Below are positions 62,001-64,000 of a stretch of 64,000 bases of DNA, piece after piece. This DNA is from Podarcis bocagei (Eukaryota). The stretch's first letter is position 1; each line of letters opens with the position of its first letter. A program made the translations under genes and the position numbers. The notes below the pieces were generated by a model, which did no database searches, had not been told where the DNA came from, and saw nothing but the letters and a program-made list of their open reading frames with translations. The DNA lies in the NCBI GenBank assembly GCA_964188305.1, contig OZ076887.1. One strand, 5' to 3'.

Positions 62001-64000
62001 TAAAGAAATGAGCACAGAATGAGAAAAAGGACAAGATCTTGGAGAAAATTAAAGAGTGTGAGAAGAAGTTAAGATTGAAACCGAAATCACAAGAGATTCT
62101 GAGAGAAATTAAACTTTATCAAGCACAATATTCTAAATTGATGAATCAGGAAGTGGAATGGAAAATTAAGTTAATGAAACAAAGATCATTTGAATCGGCT
62201 AATAAATGTGGAAAGCTGCTAGCTTGGCAACTGAAAAAGAGACAAAAATTAAACACGGTTACTAATTTAGAGATTGAAGGGAAAAACATTCAGAATCCCT
62301 TGGAGATTAGAAAGTGCTTCCAGAGACACTTTAAACAACTCTACACTCAAGGGCCGCAAAATGAGACTGAGATAGACCAATTTTTGAAAAGGAATGGCCT
62401 ACCGAAATTGACTCAAGAAAATAGGACAATCCTGAATCATAAAATAACACAACAAGAGATCGAAGGTGCCATTCAAAATATGCAATTGGGCAAATCTCCA
62501 GGACCAGATGGGCTCACCTCCAAGTATTACAAAACACTGAGAGACTATTTGATACAACCACTAATGGAGGTTTGCAATGATATTATGGAAGGGAAGAAGG
62601 CGCCGGAATCGTGGAAAGAGGCTTTCATCACTTTGATACCTAAATCAGAAACTGAAAAGACACAACTCAAGAACTACCGTCCCATCTCCCTCCTGAATGT
62701 GGATTACAAAATTTTTGCTGACATTTTGGCAAATAGACTTTAAAAAGTTCATAAAGACCAGGCAGGCTTTCTCCCAGGTAGACATTTGTCTGACAACACT
62801 AGAAATATTATTGACATTTTGGAACTTTTACAAACGAACATTAATACTAAAGCTGTGTTGATCTTTATTGACGCGGAGAAGGCCTTTGACAACATCTCTT
62901 GGAAGTTTATGAAAAAAAATTTGGGAGGGATGGGAGTGGGACGGGGGTTTGAAAATGGCATAGAGGCAATCTATTCAGAACAAAAAGCTAAGTTAATAGT
63001 TAACAATGTGGTGACAGAAGAGTTTAAGATTGAGAAAGGAACACGACAAGGCTGTCCTATTTCCCCTTTGTTATTCATTTCGGTCCTGGAGGTGCTCCTG
63101 AGCATGATTAGAGGGGACCGGTTGGTTGAAGGGATACAGGTCGGAGCCAAACAGTACAAACTTAAGCTTTTGCAGATGACTTAGTTTTGACATTGCAGGA
63201 GCCAGAATCTAGTACGAAAAGGGTACTAGAACTGATAAATGACTTTGGTCGGGTGGCGGGTTTCAAACTAAATAAGCAAAAGACTAAGCTTTTGGGAAAA
63301 AATTTGACAACCGTGGAATCAGAAAGGTTTCAGAAAGAGACAGATCTAAAAGTGGTTAAAAAGGTGAAATACCTAGGGTGAACATGACTGCTAAAAATTT
63401 GAACTTATTTAAGGACAACTATGAGAAGTGTTGGATAGAGATTAAAAAGGACTTAGAAAGTTGGTCAAGACTTAAACTTTCCTTGCTGGGCCGAATTGCT
63501 GCGATTAAGATGAATGTATTGCCAAAAATGTTGTTTTTGTTTCAGACCCTACAGATTGTGGACAGAGTGGAATGTTTTACAAAGTGGCAGAGAGATATTT
63601 CTAAGTTTGTCTGGCAGGGCAAAAAGCCCCGAATAAAGTTTAAGATACTAACGGATGCTAAGGAGAGAGGGGGGTTTGCCCTGCCAGATTTGAGGCTGTA
63701 TTATGAATCTGCAGCTCTCTGCTGGATGAAAGATTGGATTCTTCTTGAGAACACTGATGTCCTAGATCTGGAAGGGTTTAACAATGCCTTCGGATGGCAT
63801 GCATATTTGTGGTATGACAAGGTAAAAATCCATAGATCTTTCAAGAACCATATTGTCAGGAAGGCAGTGTTTAATGTCTGGGCAAAATATAAAGACTTAT
63901 TAGAGAATAAGACCCCAAGGTGGCTGTCACCAATGGAAGCCAAGGCCCAGAAAAGACTCAATATGGAGGCCAATTGGCCGAAATATTGGGAAATTTTGGA
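59048..64000 (+). mobile_element. Near full-length L1-clade LINE, degenerate, running off the window end
   Basis: CpG-rich 5'UTR; ORF1 at 60077-61088 (RENNLRLRSIPE motif, frameshifted); ORF2 from 61103 with APE endonuclease (SWNING, LQETH, GDMN, SDHN) and RT (PGPDG, DAEKAFD, GTRQGCP, frameshifted FADD, YLG); premature stop at 62009. Confidence 0.93.

Overview
Vertebrate genomic DNA, most likely a lacertid lizard, judging by the Sauria/Squam SINEs, squamate-type MITEs, CR1/L2/L1 and Penelope repeats. The window holds the conserved SLC3A1-PREPL-CAMKMT cluster (human 2p21). SLC3A1/rBAT exons 2-10 lie on + (700-15548), a complete PREPL coding region lies on - (44161-17154, tail-to-tail with SLC3A1), a CpG-rich head-to-head promoter spans about 44900-46400, and CAMKMT exons 1-2 follow on +. 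I placed the exons by hand from GT-AG sites and phase continuity. The introns are dense in transposons. The most notable non-gene observations are: (1) a young Ty1/copia element in PREPL's last intron, with an intact integrase-RT-RNaseH frame, one full LTR, only ~17 bp of the other LTR and a preserved 5-bp TSD; (2) a minimal hammerhead ribozyme inside a Penelope-like inverted repeat, on the PREPL sense strand; (3) loss of two GH13 catalytic-position Asp residues in this rBAT; (4) inverted MITE pairs carrying a hairpin minisatellite; (5) a near full-length L1 in CAMKMT intron 2. I did not find a convincingly new biological system; these are unusual instances of known element classes. Comparisons with human sequences are from memory and were not aligned.
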